Shown: positions 20,660 through 29,993 of the stretch, piece by piece
Layout of the letters: every line of letters starts with the position of its first letter
Numbering within the stretch: position 1 is the stretch's first letter
Assembly (NCBI GenBank): GCA_964645915.1
Contig: CAZYDH010000001.1
Location: forward strand, 76,573-140,572
From: an uncultured bacterium
GTDB taxonomy: Bacteria > Fidelibacterota > Marinisomatia > Marinisomatales > JACNKV01
Reading direction: 5' to 3'
Length of the DNA: 64,000 bases
Notes under the pieces: generated by a model
Database searches by the model: none
Seen by the model: only the letters and a program-made list of their open reading frames with translations
What the model was told of the DNA's origin: nothing
Translations under genes and position numbers: made by a program

Positions 20660-22008
20660 TGAATAAATACAAAACAATATTTCAACCTGTTATTTTCGGA
20701 TTACTTGGACTTCTTGTCCTGTCAAGCTGCCGAAAAGATTTAAGCTCAGACATACCGGAAGATTACAATACGGTAGAATCGCTGATTGTAGATGGGTGGG
20801 CGTATTACGCCGATGGAGATTATTCTAGTGCTCTTGATGCTTTTCAACTAACATCAGAACGGAATGCTCAAACCATTGAAGCTTATATCGGCAAAGGTTG
20901 GTCTTATTTACGTCTTGGACACATACAACACTCCAGGGTAGAATTTAGTGTCGTTCTAAATTTAGCAAATGAAAATAACGATGATGTTTCCATGGCGGAT
21001 GCTTATGCTGGTTTGTTTTTGATTGCGTTAGAAAATAGGTTTTCTGCTCAAACGGATCCAGAACAAGAGCCAACAGAAGAAGATTTGATTGATTTGAACA
21101 ACAAGATCATTGAAATGGGTGAAAAGGTATTCGTTTATAATAGCGACTATTCAACCAACCATGATCCGGATTTATCGAGTGATGAAGTCCATATAGCCCT
21201 TGCACAAACGTATTATAATGTTAGTCGCTATCAAGAAGCATTGGAACACGCTCAACCTGTCTTTGGGAATATACTTGATCAGATTGATGCTGTTGAAACA
21301 GTAGCAATAGAATTGAATCCATGGATAGGGTCTGATGGAGAGCTCCAATTATTTAACTTTAGCGAGACGGAAGAATTAACTTCTGTTAATATACCTACCG
21401 GACATACAATTAGCGTAGATGACATCCAGGATCTTAATAACAGCAATGCAACAGTAAAAAATGAACTTTTTGATTACTTATTGAATCATAATGTTATAGA
21501 GTTGAATTCAGACTACCTATTTACACCCCATGAAGAAAGAGTTTATTCTGTTACTGTTTCTCATGCTCAACCGGGATCAGCATCACAAGACTATTCCATA
21601 TTGAGCTTAGAGAAACAAGGTGTATTTCAAGTTGAATCTGTTCAAAAAATAACACTTGAAGACGTTGTAACATGGTATTATGTCGATGCAAATAATGATA
21701 CTACGCTAGCTGATGGGACATATGAAGACGATGGAACAGGAGATTTCTTCTCCGTTATTACAGAAGAAGAAATATTTACTGATGTTGATGGTAGTATATG
21801 GACTCCAGTTGATCCAGATACAGATACTCCAGTAGATACAGTGGGCGTTATTCCTTACAATTATAATATGATCAATCTTTCATCGGGCGCTGAAGGTGAC
21901 GAGTATTTAGTTACATATAAATTTGGAAGTTATTTAGTAGATTGTACACAAACAATTAACTTCTTAGGATATTTAGAATTATTAAACTCATATTTATCAC
22001 TCGATTAA
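20659..22008 (+). CDS. lipoprotein with TPR-like N-terminal half
   Basis: 449 aa with a lipobox-like signal (LLGLLVLSSC). TPR-like helices (YYADGDYSSALDAFQ...EAYIGKGWSYLRLG...YYNVSRYQEALEHAQ) and an acidic beta-rich C-terminal half. Its start overlaps the upstream stop by 1 nt (TAATG). Confidence 0.6.
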   Translation: MNKYKTIFQPVIFGLLGLLVLSSCRKDLSSDIPEDYNTVESLIVDGWAYYADGDYSSALDAFQLTSERNAQTIEAYIGKGWSYLRLGHIQHSRVEFSVVLNLANENNDDVSMADAYAGLFLIALENRFSAQTDPEQEPTEEDLIDLNNKIIEMGEKVFVYNSDYSTNHDPDLSSDEVHIALAQTYYNVSRYQEALEHAQPVFGNILDQIDAVETVAIELNPWIGSDGELQLFNFSETEELTSVNIPTGHTISVDDIQDLNNSNATVKNELFDYLLNHNVIELNSDYLFTPHEERVYSVTVSHAQPGSASQDYSILSLEKQGVFQVESVQKITLEDVVTWYYVDANNDTTLADGTYEDDGTGDFFSVITEEEIFTDVDGSIWTPVDPDTDTPVDTVGVIPYNYNMINLSSGAEGDEYLVTYKFGSYLVDCTQTINFLGYLELLNSYLSLD

Positions 22009-22035
22009 TTAATACAAATCATCGATAGATTAAAA

Positions 22036-22066
22036 TAAAAAGGGGTCTTGCGAGACCCCTTTTTTA
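22036..22066. terminator. bidirectional intrinsic terminator
   Basis: An A-run, then the perfect hairpin GGGGTCT-TGCG-AGACCCC (22042-22059), then a T-run (22060-22065). It lies between convergent gene ends. Confidence 0.85.
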
Positions 22067-22074
22067 TAACAATA

Positions 22075-23127
22075 TTATTTTATATAAATTTTATTAAGCA
22101 AATCGAAAAGTTGAGAGGACTCAACACCTTGTCCTAAATAATATTCTCCGGATTCATTTTGTACAATGATTTCAATATGAAGATGTGACCCTTTTTTGTT
22201 TCCGTTTATTGCACCAACCATTCCTGAATTGCCAACCTTTCCAAAAACCTCTCCCTTTGTAATTTCATATCCAGGGATAATATGCGGTAAAATTTCGGAA
22301 AGATGAGCATAAATTGAAATCGTTCGATATCCTCGAACAATCTCAAATCCGTGATCAATGATAACAGCCCGCCCAAGAAAGATGTGATTAAACAGATCAG
22401 AGGGTGTATGTCCTGTTCGCTCCGAATGGTCTATCCCTTTCTCCAAGAAAGAAGAAGATATCTCTTTATAATACAGATCAGAACGAACAATCATACCATT
22501 TGCAACAGCTCGAACAGGCGTTCCCCAATTTGCTTGAAAGTCAATACCTCGATGGATACCGTTTCGGTAATTTCGAGGTGAATTTGGCAAAAAGAGAGGA
22601 TTCTCAGGCACCGATATCGAATCACATGGTAAATGAAACTGAGCATCATTAAAGTCATTCACAGAAGGAAACTTATCATTGTGAGGAAAGGAAGGTTCAA
22701 TAGGAAATGCAATATTCTTCTTATGTGCTTTTAACGCATTAGATATCGACCTGTTTATAGAATCATATTTAATGATGTAGTCCAGTGTAATGTTATAATG
22801 ATTGATCGAAACATTAGTTAGTTCAAACCAATCAGTATATTTTGATATAAGCTCGGTTTTTATAAAATGCCTGAGAGAAGAATCTTTGATATCCGAAAGA
22901 AGGGGATCGATTAACTTTTGGACAGGTTCATAGAAAAGACTATCTTGATTAAACGATTCTCGGAAATATTTTTCACCACCTGTAAAAGTTAGATGTAGAG
23001 AATCTTGTCCAAATACATGTGTGATAGTCCTTGGAGAAGTGTCTTCATGTGATATTGGTGGAGATGAAGAACAGCCTATCAGAATAAATAGAAATATCCC
23101 TATAGAAAGAGAGCGAAATAGAATCAC
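22075..23127 (-). CDS. M23 family metallopeptidase lipoprotein
   Basis: GTG start and a lipobox (FILIGCSSS). LytM/M23 motifs HRGIDFQANWGTPVRAVANGMIV and GSHLHIEII. Confidence 0.85.
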   Translation of the reverse strand: MILFRSLSIGIFLFILIGCSSSPPISHEDTSPRTITHVFGQDSLHLTFTGGEKYFRESFNQDSLFYEPVQKLIDPLLSDIKDSSLRHFIKTELISKYTDWFELTNVSINHYNITLDYIIKYDSINRSISNALKAHKKNIAFPIEPSFPHNDKFPSVNDFNDAQFHLPCDSISVPENPLFLPNSPRNYRNGIHRGIDFQANWGTPVRAVANGMIVRSDLYYKEISSSFLEKGIDHSERTGHTPSDLFNHIFLGRAVIIDHGFEIVRGYRTISIYAHLSEILPHIIPGYEITKGEVFGKVGNSGMVGAINGNKKGSHLHIEIIVQNESGEYYLGQGVESSQLFDLLNKIYIK

Positions 23128-23130
23128 GGG

Positions 23131-23574
23131 TTATTCCTTTGTGTTTTTTACTCGGTTGACCAAAAGGTCAATTCCTTTTAAAAAGGTTTCATCGGGTTGC
23201 CCGGAGACAACGCCGGAGCTGATAGATGATAAAATAGAATCTTCAGCAGAGGTCCCCATATAAAAGTCGTCATTGAAGTAAATTTCCACAAAAGGAGTTT
23301 CGATGAGTTCTAAAACCTCTTTTAAAACAAATTCATATCGTGCCCATGCCATAGGAGCAATTAAAATACCGTTTGCCCAATTACGGTTTCTTTGAAGGAG
23401 CGAAAGCATTCTTTCCAACTTGTGTGTCTGATAAATCTTTAACTCTATATCTTTATCACGGACGTGACGGCGAATAGCACGATTGACTTTATCTAGAGTT
23501 AACCGGTGACCGCTTTTTAATGATTTTACACCTAAGAGATTTAAGTTGGGTCCTTGGAGGATTAATATATTCAT
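23131..23574 (-). CDS. type II 3-dehydroquinate dehydratase-like protein with degenerate active site
   Basis: The N-terminus MNILILQGPNLNLLG is the AroQ signature. Positions expected to carry the catalytic and substrate-binding residues read differently (see finding). Confidence 0.55.
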   Translation of the reverse strand: MNILILQGPNLNLLGVKSLKSGHRLTLDKVNRAIRRHVRDKDIELKIYQTHKLERMLSLLQRNRNWANGILIAPMAWARYEFVLKEVLELIETPFVEIYFNDDFYMGTSAEDSILSSISSGVVSGQPDETFLKGIDLLVNRVKNTKE

Positions 23575-23585
23575 GATTTAAACTT

Positions 23586-23963
23586 TCATCTTAAGGGCAA
23601 TAAATGACCCAATATATAGCCGACGATGATCCCTGTTAAAACTGCAACGGTTAGAATTCTAGAACTTGTTACCGACTTTGTATATCCTTTTTTGATAGCC
23701 ACAACAGATATAAAATACCCAAGGCCATTCACAAGCCAGAAAAAGGGGATCGTAAACAATTTTACAATAAATGGACCTACCCAAGGGATCAAGGCAATTA
23801 ATGCACCTAACCCAGAAAACACCTGAGTAAATAAACCAAGAGTTAACGTAAGGAAAACAACGATCTTTTCGTCTATTCCAAGGCGGAGAGCCATAACGAT
23901 CACCGCCAAAACAATTCCCCAAATAAAGAAATGATGTTTATGTTCTTTCCAGATTTTATTCAT
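23586..23963 (-). CDS. small integral membrane protein (about 4 TM), unknown function
   Basis: 125-aa ORF with four hydrophobic helices. A 4-nt overlap links it to the upstream gene in the same operon. Confidence 0.6.
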   Translation of the reverse strand: MNKIWKEHKHHFFIWGIVLAVIVMALRLGIDEKIVVFLTLTLGLFTQVFSGLGALIALIPWVGPFIVKLFTIPFFWLVNGLGYFISVVAIKKGYTKSVTSSRILTVAVLTGIIVGYILGHLLPLR

Positions 23964-24670
23964 GGATTCTTTCTTATGAATATTGGAATATTAGACAGAG
24001 CTAAAGACGCTTGAATGATTTCATCGTTTTTATGATCAACCCATATCTGTCGTATACCATTTTGATGGGTAATATTACGACTGAAGTAGTCCGTTTGGTC
24101 AAGTACTTTTATGTTTTTAGTTTCATAGGGAAGGAGATCAAGTCTATAATGAACACACTCAACAGAATCTTGGTTAATATTTAACAAGGTTGATCCGGCT
24201 GATAAAAATCTGGAACGATAAGATCCCCCTTCATGTTCTGTGTAAAACCATTTTGTGTCTATACTGTCAGCGGGCACTGTTTTTACACGCGCAAGTAAGG
24301 AAAATATATTATGATGTAAGTCTTTGCGAGACACAACACCTAACTTTCGATATTCAAAAGTTTGATTATCATCATTCCATTGACAGATTAATTTCTGCTG
24401 AAAAGATCCCTGATGTATAGATTTTTTATACGAAACACATTGATATGATGTTGTGTCGAATGTAGTTACATATTCATTATTGAAGGGAAGAAATAAATCT
24501 AAAAGACCAGAAGAATTGGCAGAAACGATAATTGAATCCATTGTTGGCATGGATATTTGCACGTTGCCGATTGGAAAATCCCAAACAGAGATAGTATATG
24601 TTTGGGATGTTGCTGAAGAAGGACTCAACAAGATAATAAACAAAGACAAAAACAACGAACGAAACTTCAT
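23960..24670 (-). CDS. secreted protein of unknown function (possibly DUF3108-like)
   Basis: 236-aa ORF with a signal peptide (LFLSLFIILLSPSSA) and a beta-rich sequence. The family guess is weak. Confidence 0.45.
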   Translation of the reverse strand: MKFRSLFLSLFIILLSPSSATSQTYTISVWDFPIGNVQISMPTMDSIIVSANSSGLLDLFLPFNNEYVTTFDTTSYQCVSYKKSIHQGSFQQKLICQWNDDNQTFEYRKLGVVSRKDLHHNIFSLLARVKTVPADSIDTKWFYTEHEGGSYRSRFLSAGSTLLNINQDSVECVHYRLDLLPYETKNIKVLDQTDYFSRNITHQNGIRQIWVDHKNDEIIQASLALSNIPIFIRKNP

Positions 24671-24722
24671 GATATTCGAAAAGAAATAATAGTTAGACTA
24701 AAATTCAGCCCAAACCTAACGT

Positions 24723-26093
24723 TTAGATCGAAAGAATGGATGTTGCAATAAGAAAATAACATGCAACTCCAAGAATGTCTATACTTGTAGTAACAAAAGG
24801 TCCAGTTGCAATTGCCGGATCAATATCCATTTTACGGAGCAGTAATGGCACTAACGTTCCAATAAATGTTGCGATTAACATTGATAAACAAATACTAAGC
24901 CCGACGACTAATCCCAATAGGGGTGGAGCGTCAATAAACTTAAACATTGCAAAAAATCCGAGGAGCAATCCATACAATCCTCCCAAAATCAATCCGACAC
25001 TTGTTTCTTTTAGGATTAACTTGAAATCATCTCCAACATTAACACGACCGGTTGCCAAGCCTCGAACAATAATGGTGGAGCTTTGTGTCCCGATGTTACC
25101 TCCCATACCAATAATAACAGGGATAAACGCTGTCAACGCCATCACGACTTCTAATACATGCTCAAATGCACCAATGATAGATGCGGCGACGATTCCCCCG
25201 ATCCAGCTTGCGAACAACCAAGGTAAGCGTGATCGTGCGTTTTCCCATGAGGATTTCAATAAGATCTCCCGATCTTTACCGGCTCCGGCCATTTGTAAAA
25301 AGTCTTCAGTTGCTTCTTCTCGGATAACATCTACGATATCGTCAACAGTTACAATCCCTAAAATTGTGTTTTCTGAATCAACAACGGGAAGAGCTAAATA
25401 ATTATATAAAGATACAATACGTGCGACCTCTTCTTGGTCTGTTTCCGGTCGAACTGAATGTACATGTTTTGCCATGATATCTTTTAACAAAACTTCAGGG
25501 GGCGTTGTGACGAGGTCTCTTAAGGAGATCACCCCAGAAAGACATCCATCATCATCCGTGATATACAGATAAAATACCATCTCAGCATCGTCTTGATATT
25601 GAAGAGAGTGAATGGCCTCTTCAGCGGTGGTTTCTTCATGCAAAGTGAACACATCAGTTGACATGATACTTCCGGCACTGTCTTCAGGATACCCAAGTAT
25701 TTCCTCAACCTCTTCTTGCTCTTCTTCCTTCATTAGGTCTAGAATAGATTGAGCTTGTTCTTCAGGCAATAGATTTAAGATATTTGCTTGATCATTTGAT
25801 CCTAACTTCTGAAAAATACTAACAACTCGAGTTGGATCTTCATATTGAAATAGGTTTAACAAAATGGATTCATCCAACTCTGTGATAACCTCAGCGGTAT
25901 GCTCATCTTCGACCATGTATGAGAACAAAGTTATTTGTTCGCTATCAGTAAAATATCGGAATAGAACCGCTAAATCGGCAGGGTGCGTTTTTTGGATTAA
26001 CTTAATTAAGTTAGCTTTAGCGTGTCGACGAAGCAGTCTTCTAAAAGTATCCCGCAAAACAGTAATTTCATGTACGAACATTTCTTTTTTCAT
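24723..26093 (-). CDS. mgtE: magnesium transporter MgtE
   Basis: 456 aa with an acidic N-domain, a CBS pair (ITDDDGCLSGVISLRDL..., VVDSENTILGIVTVDDIV) and a C-terminal five-TM domain containing GMGGNIGTQSSTI. Confidence 0.9.
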   Translation of the reverse strand: MKKEMFVHEITVLRDTFRRLLRRHAKANLIKLIQKTHPADLAVLFRYFTDSEQITLFSYMVEDEHTAEVITELDESILLNLFQYEDPTRVVSIFQKLGSNDQANILNLLPEEQAQSILDLMKEEEQEEVEEILGYPEDSAGSIMSTDVFTLHEETTAEEAIHSLQYQDDAEMVFYLYITDDDGCLSGVISLRDLVTTPPEVLLKDIMAKHVHSVRPETDQEEVARIVSLYNYLALPVVDSENTILGIVTVDDIVDVIREEATEDFLQMAGAGKDREILLKSSWENARSRLPWLFASWIGGIVAASIIGAFEHVLEVVMALTAFIPVIIGMGGNIGTQSSTIIVRGLATGRVNVGDDFKLILKETSVGLILGGLYGLLLGFFAMFKFIDAPPLLGLVVGLSICLSMLIATFIGTLVPLLLRKMDIDPAIATGPFVTTSIDILGVACYFLIATSILSI

Positions 26094-26887
26094 GGTTGAA
26101 TCTCCAATGAGTTATGAAGCCATTTGAAACCAAAATAAACAAAGATAATAGCAAAAACAAGTAAAATAGGGTGGACATGTCCCTGCAAAGTATAAATTGA
26201 ATCAAGGCCTTCAATATTTACCAGTAAAATAGCAAATCCATTATTTAAACCGTGTAAAATAAAACTGGAAATAATTGATCCGGTTTTCCAGGCAAGATAT
26301 CCCAACATTATACCCAGAATATAGATTTGAATAATCCAAAAAGGGTTCATGTGAATAAAAGCAAAGAACAAGCTGGTTATTAAAACAGCTCGTGTAATAT
26401 CTTTCCAATGTTCTTCTAAAAACTGTTGTAAGAATCCTCGGAAGAGGAGTTCTTCACCAAGCGGAGCAATAATAACAATTGAAGAAATAATCAGAAATGC
26501 GCTTCCAAAGGATTCCAGTTTCAATAATTTTCCGACGTCTTCAAACACATCCGGTATTGTAAAAAAGGTATTCATAAGCCTATCCATTTCATCTGCGAGG
26601 AGAATTACTCCAATTGAAAAGATGATAACAGAAAGTGCAGTGTGGAGAGAAATTTTATGAATACGAAATCGGTATAAAAGTCGTTCTTTTCGATGTAATA
26701 ACAGAATTAATACAGGAAGAGCGATCAATCCTTGTCCGATGAACAGGGACAGATGAGTATAAAGAATGTTTTGATCAGGATGGTATTTCAGACCAAAACC
26801 AAGAACAGCACCGCCCACCGCAAAAGCAAATAGCACGGATGCAAATACAATTCCCAGTACAAGAGAAACTGTAAGGGTCCGGTTCAT
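26090..26887 (-). CDS. CPBP (CAAX) family intramembrane metalloprotease
   Basis: Multi-TM protein with the motifs EELLFRGFLQ, FAFIHMN and HGLNN. Confidence 0.85.
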   Translation of the reverse strand: MNRTLTVSLVLGIVFASVLFAFAVGGAVLGFGLKYHPDQNILYTHLSLFIGQGLIALPVLILLLHRKERLLYRFRIHKISLHTALSVIIFSIGVILLADEMDRLMNTFFTIPDVFEDVGKLLKLESFGSAFLIISSIVIIAPLGEELLFRGFLQQFLEEHWKDITRAVLITSLFFAFIHMNPFWIIQIYILGIMLGYLAWKTGSIISSFILHGLNNGFAILLVNIEGLDSIYTLQGHVHPILLVFAIIFVYFGFKWLHNSLEIQP

Positions 26888-26921
26888 GGGGGTCTGTGTC
26901 CTTGTAATTCATGCACGAAAG

Positions 26922-27686
26922 TTAAGAATTTTGAGTGGTTAGTTCATACAACAGAATCGTTCCGGCAATTGCAGCATTTAATGATTCACCATCCCCGATT
27001 TTTGGTATAGAAATAGAATAGTCTAATAATTGTTCAGCTTCATCAGAAATTCCATGTGCTTCATTGCCAATAACCAACCCCCAAGGTTTGTCTATTTTTG
27101 GTCGTTCTGAAAGTGGAGTTCCATTCGCATTACCGCCAACTAGAATATGACTTTGTTTTAAATTTAACAAATGAATCGTATGATAAATTGACAATGAAAA
27201 ATGTGCTCCCATCCCGGCTCGTACTACTTTAGGATTGAAAGGATCCACACATTTTTCAGAAAGAATGATATGATTTATTCCAAACCATGCTGCCGTTCGG
27301 AACAGGGTTCCTAAATTCCCCGGATCTTGTATCCGGTCTAAATATAAAAAGTTTGAATTAGAAATAGTGGTAATGTCACTTGATTGAGGATAATAACAAA
27401 TCGCAACGACTCCTGAAGGGTGAACCGTATTCGTGATTGATGTCAGATCCGCAAGAGAAATAACCCCAATTGAAAGACCGTTTTCGTTAAGAGAACGAAT
27501 AAAAGAAGAATAAGTTGAATCATTCATAAACTCCTCAGTGATGAGAACTTTTTTTATGATTTGAGGATTTGAATCAACCGCAGTAGAAACTAATCGCAAC
27601 CCTTCAATAAGATATTCACCATAATGTTGTCTATATTTTTTGATTTGAAGAGAACGAATTTGTTTTATTTCTTTCTGGGTTAACAT
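26922..27686 (-). CDS. TrmH/SpoU family RNA 2'-O-methyltransferase
   Basis: 254 aa with an L30e-like N-terminal domain and SpoU motifs (DRIQDPGNLGTLFRTAAWFG, LVIGNEAHGIS, SLNAAIAGTILLYE). Confidence 0.85.
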   Translation of the reverse strand: MLTQKEIKQIRSLQIKKYRQHYGEYLIEGLRLVSTAVDSNPQIIKKVLITEEFMNDSTYSSFIRSLNENGLSIGVISLADLTSITNTVHPSGVVAICYYPQSSDITTISNSNFLYLDRIQDPGNLGTLFRTAAWFGINHIILSEKCVDPFNPKVVRAGMGAHFSLSIYHTIHLLNLKQSHILVGGNANGTPLSERPKIDKPWGLVIGNEAHGISDEAEQLLDYSISIPKIGDGESLNAAIAGTILLYELTTQNS

Positions 27687-27698
27687 AGTATCATAAAT

Positions 27699-29261
27699 CT
27701 AACAAGAAAAAACAATCTTTCCGTTAAGTATTGTATACAAAACGTTTGATGTTAATATTTCTTTATGTGTGACGGATTCTATCGGACGATCTAGCACAGT
27801 AAAATCAGCAAAATAACCCGGGAGCAACGTTCCTTTAATATTTTCTTCAAATGAAGCATATGCTCCCCAGGATGTCATCATTTTAATAGCGTCGTGTATC
27901 GAGATTTTTTCAGAGGATTGCCACCCATTTTTTGGATTTCCCGATTTGTCTTGGCGTGTAACAGCTGCATAAATCCCCTCCAAAGGTGATGGATATTCAA
28001 TAGGAGCATCGGAACCTCCCGGAATAATCGAACCCGCATTTAGCAGGGATTTCCACGGATACGCCCTGCTTAATCTATGAGGACCTAATCGTGTTTCAAC
28101 CCATGACATATCCGCGGTGCAATGAGTAGGTTGCATGGATGGGAGCACACCTAATTGAGCAAATCGCATCAGGTCACTTTTATGAATGATTTGAGCATGT
28201 TCGATACGATTTCTTAATTCTTTTTTCCCATGATGTTCAAATAGATTAAGCGCAACATGGTTTGCACGGTCTCCGATACAATGAACACAAACTTGAAATC
28301 CAGCAGCATTGGCTTGTTGAATTTTTTCACCAATAGTATTAGGACTTTCTAGTAGAAGCCCAAAATTGTTTGGATCATCTACATAAGGTTCAATCATTGC
28401 AGCGCCTTTTGACCCCAATGCACCATCCATATATAACTTGACCGCTCGTATTTTAAGAAATGGATCATCGAGTTCAGGACCATTTGAAAAAAAGTAGCCG
28501 GTATCTTCGGGGTCATCATTTAACATTGTATATACACGAACAGAAAGATCGTTTTGATTCTTTAAATCTTTTAATAAATGAATAGTCTCTAAATCTGTGC
28601 CCGCATCATGAAGGCTTGTAATTCCAAGGCTGTTTAATGTTGAGATACTATTATTTATATATCGTTTTTTTTCATCTTTTGTAGAAGATGGAATATGCTT
28701 TGAGACCAAATCCATTGCTTTATCAATAAGAATGCCGGTGGGTGTACCGTCAGCATTACGTATGATTTTTCCTCCAACCGGACCTATGGTTTTTTTGGTA
28801 ATTCTAGAGATTTCCAGGGCTTTTGAATTTACCCAGGCGGCATGCCCGTCTACTCTGCGAAGAATAACCGGAATATCTTTAGCGACGGAGTCCAACATTT
28901 CTTTAGTTGGAAATTCAGGAATGACCCATGTGTTTTGATCCCAACCACGACCAATAAGCCAAGAATGTCTATTTTTGTTTTTTACAGCATCTGATATATG
29001 TAACAGAATATCATCAATGGAGTTCATTCCTTTTAAATTTAATACTTCTAACGACCATCCAAATCCGGTTAAATGTAAATGAGAATCTATAAATCCGGGA
29101 TAAAGGTAGTTACCGCCCAGATCAATTTCCTCAACACCTTTTTGTTGTATATTTAATCCGATTTTTTCAATGAGACCGTTGTTGCAAAGAATGGAGTTTG
29201 CATTCGGGTGCTGATAAACCGAACAATTTGTGAATAGTATATTTTTATTACTGCTTAACAT
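27699..29261 (-). CDS. amidohydrolase family protein (YtcJ-like metal-dependent hydrolase)
   Basis: 520 aa with PGFIDSHLHL metal-binding histidines, internal VHCIGD and IEHAQ motifs, and GSDAP near the C-terminus. Confidence 0.8.
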   Translation of the reverse strand: MLSSNKNILFTNCSVYQHPNANSILCNNGLIEKIGLNIQQKGVEEIDLGGNYLYPGFIDSHLHLTGFGWSLEVLNLKGMNSIDDILLHISDAVKNKNRHSWLIGRGWDQNTWVIPEFPTKEMLDSVAKDIPVILRRVDGHAAWVNSKALEISRITKKTIGPVGGKIIRNADGTPTGILIDKAMDLVSKHIPSSTKDEKKRYINNSISTLNSLGITSLHDAGTDLETIHLLKDLKNQNDLSVRVYTMLNDDPEDTGYFFSNGPELDDPFLKIRAVKLYMDGALGSKGAAMIEPYVDDPNNFGLLLESPNTIGEKIQQANAAGFQVCVHCIGDRANHVALNLFEHHGKKELRNRIEHAQIIHKSDLMRFAQLGVLPSMQPTHCTADMSWVETRLGPHRLSRAYPWKSLLNAGSIIPGGSDAPIEYPSPLEGIYAAVTRQDKSGNPKNGWQSSEKISIHDAIKMMTSWGAYASFEENIKGTLLPGYFADFTVLDRPIESVTHKEILTSNVLYTILNGKIVFSC

Positions 29262-29294
29262 TGGTTAAGAAGATTAACAGTTGTTTTGAATAAA

Positions 29295-29993
29295 CTATAA
29301 GTTTCTTTTTTCTACAAGTGAAGCATTTATAAATATTTCAACCCTTCTATTAATTTCACGCCCCTCTTCGCTTGTATTATTTGTAACCGGGCGGAATTCT
29401 CCGAATCCTGCAATAGCGAATTGTGACTCAGGAAGGTTGCTCTTTTGAAAAAGAATCCGCATAATCGACTGTGCTCTCGCTGCGCTTAATTCCCAATTAT
29501 TCCTGTAATCAGATCCTTCAATCAATGGAATATTATCAGTGTGCCCCTCTATTCTAATTTCTACGTTCCAATCCAATCCCATTCTATCATAATCTTTTAA
29601 CCACTTTTCATAAGCAGAGACTTTTTGTAAATGAAAAATAGTTAAGTTGGAAATTGCTTTTGAAATGACCTCTAATTGAGATTGGAAAAGAGGAAGAGGC
29701 TCTGCTTTTCCCAAGTCAAACATATTAGGATTATTTAATGTTAAACGAATACCTTTTGTGTCCTGTGAAATATGGAAAGAATCAATATCAAATTGTGAGA
29801 TTACATCCGTTAGTTCATGTGAGCTTTCATCTAAGCACTTGTAAACCCAGTTATGTACTTTTGAGATATCCCCGGATCGTGTTATTAATGTCATAATAAA
29901 AAAACAGATAAGGAGAGTGGCAACATCCCCGTAAGAAAGAAGCCAGGCTCCGCGGGCGCGCTCAGAAAGCGATCGTTTAGTTGTTATTGCCAT
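29295..29993 (-). CDS. MotB/OmpA-family stator-like protein (retains TM aspartate)
   Basis: 232 aa. The N-terminal TM WLLSYGDVATLLICFFIM carries Asp23 (GAT, 29925-29927). The C-terminal OmpA-like peptidoglycan (PG)-binding motif is NWELSAARAQSIMRIL...INRRVEIFI. It overlaps the upstream paralogue by 17 nt. Confidence 0.8.
   Translation of the reverse strand: MAITTKRSLSERARGAWLLSYGDVATLLICFFIMTLITRSGDISKVHNWVYKCLDESSHELTDVISQFDIDSFHISQDTKGIRLTLNNPNMFDLGKAEPLPLFQSQLEVISKAISNLTIFHLQKVSAYEKWLKDYDRMGLDWNVEIRIEGHTDNIPLIEGSDYRNNWELSAARAQSIMRILFQKSNLPESQFAIAGFGEFRPVTNNTSEEGREINRRVEIFINASLVEKRNL

Noticed and set aside
24775-25401. 208-aa ORF antisense to mgtE. Similar antisense or alternate-frame ORFs in the track include 3935-4246, 4562-4861, 5141-5554, 34572-34943, 38710-39069, 40566-40892, 50981-51463 and 54685-55053.
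   Set aside because: Each lies entirely inside a longer ORF with clear family motifs. Their translations are low-complexity or Ser/Pro/Ile-rich with no recognisable motif. These are shadow ORFs typical of AT-rich DNA.
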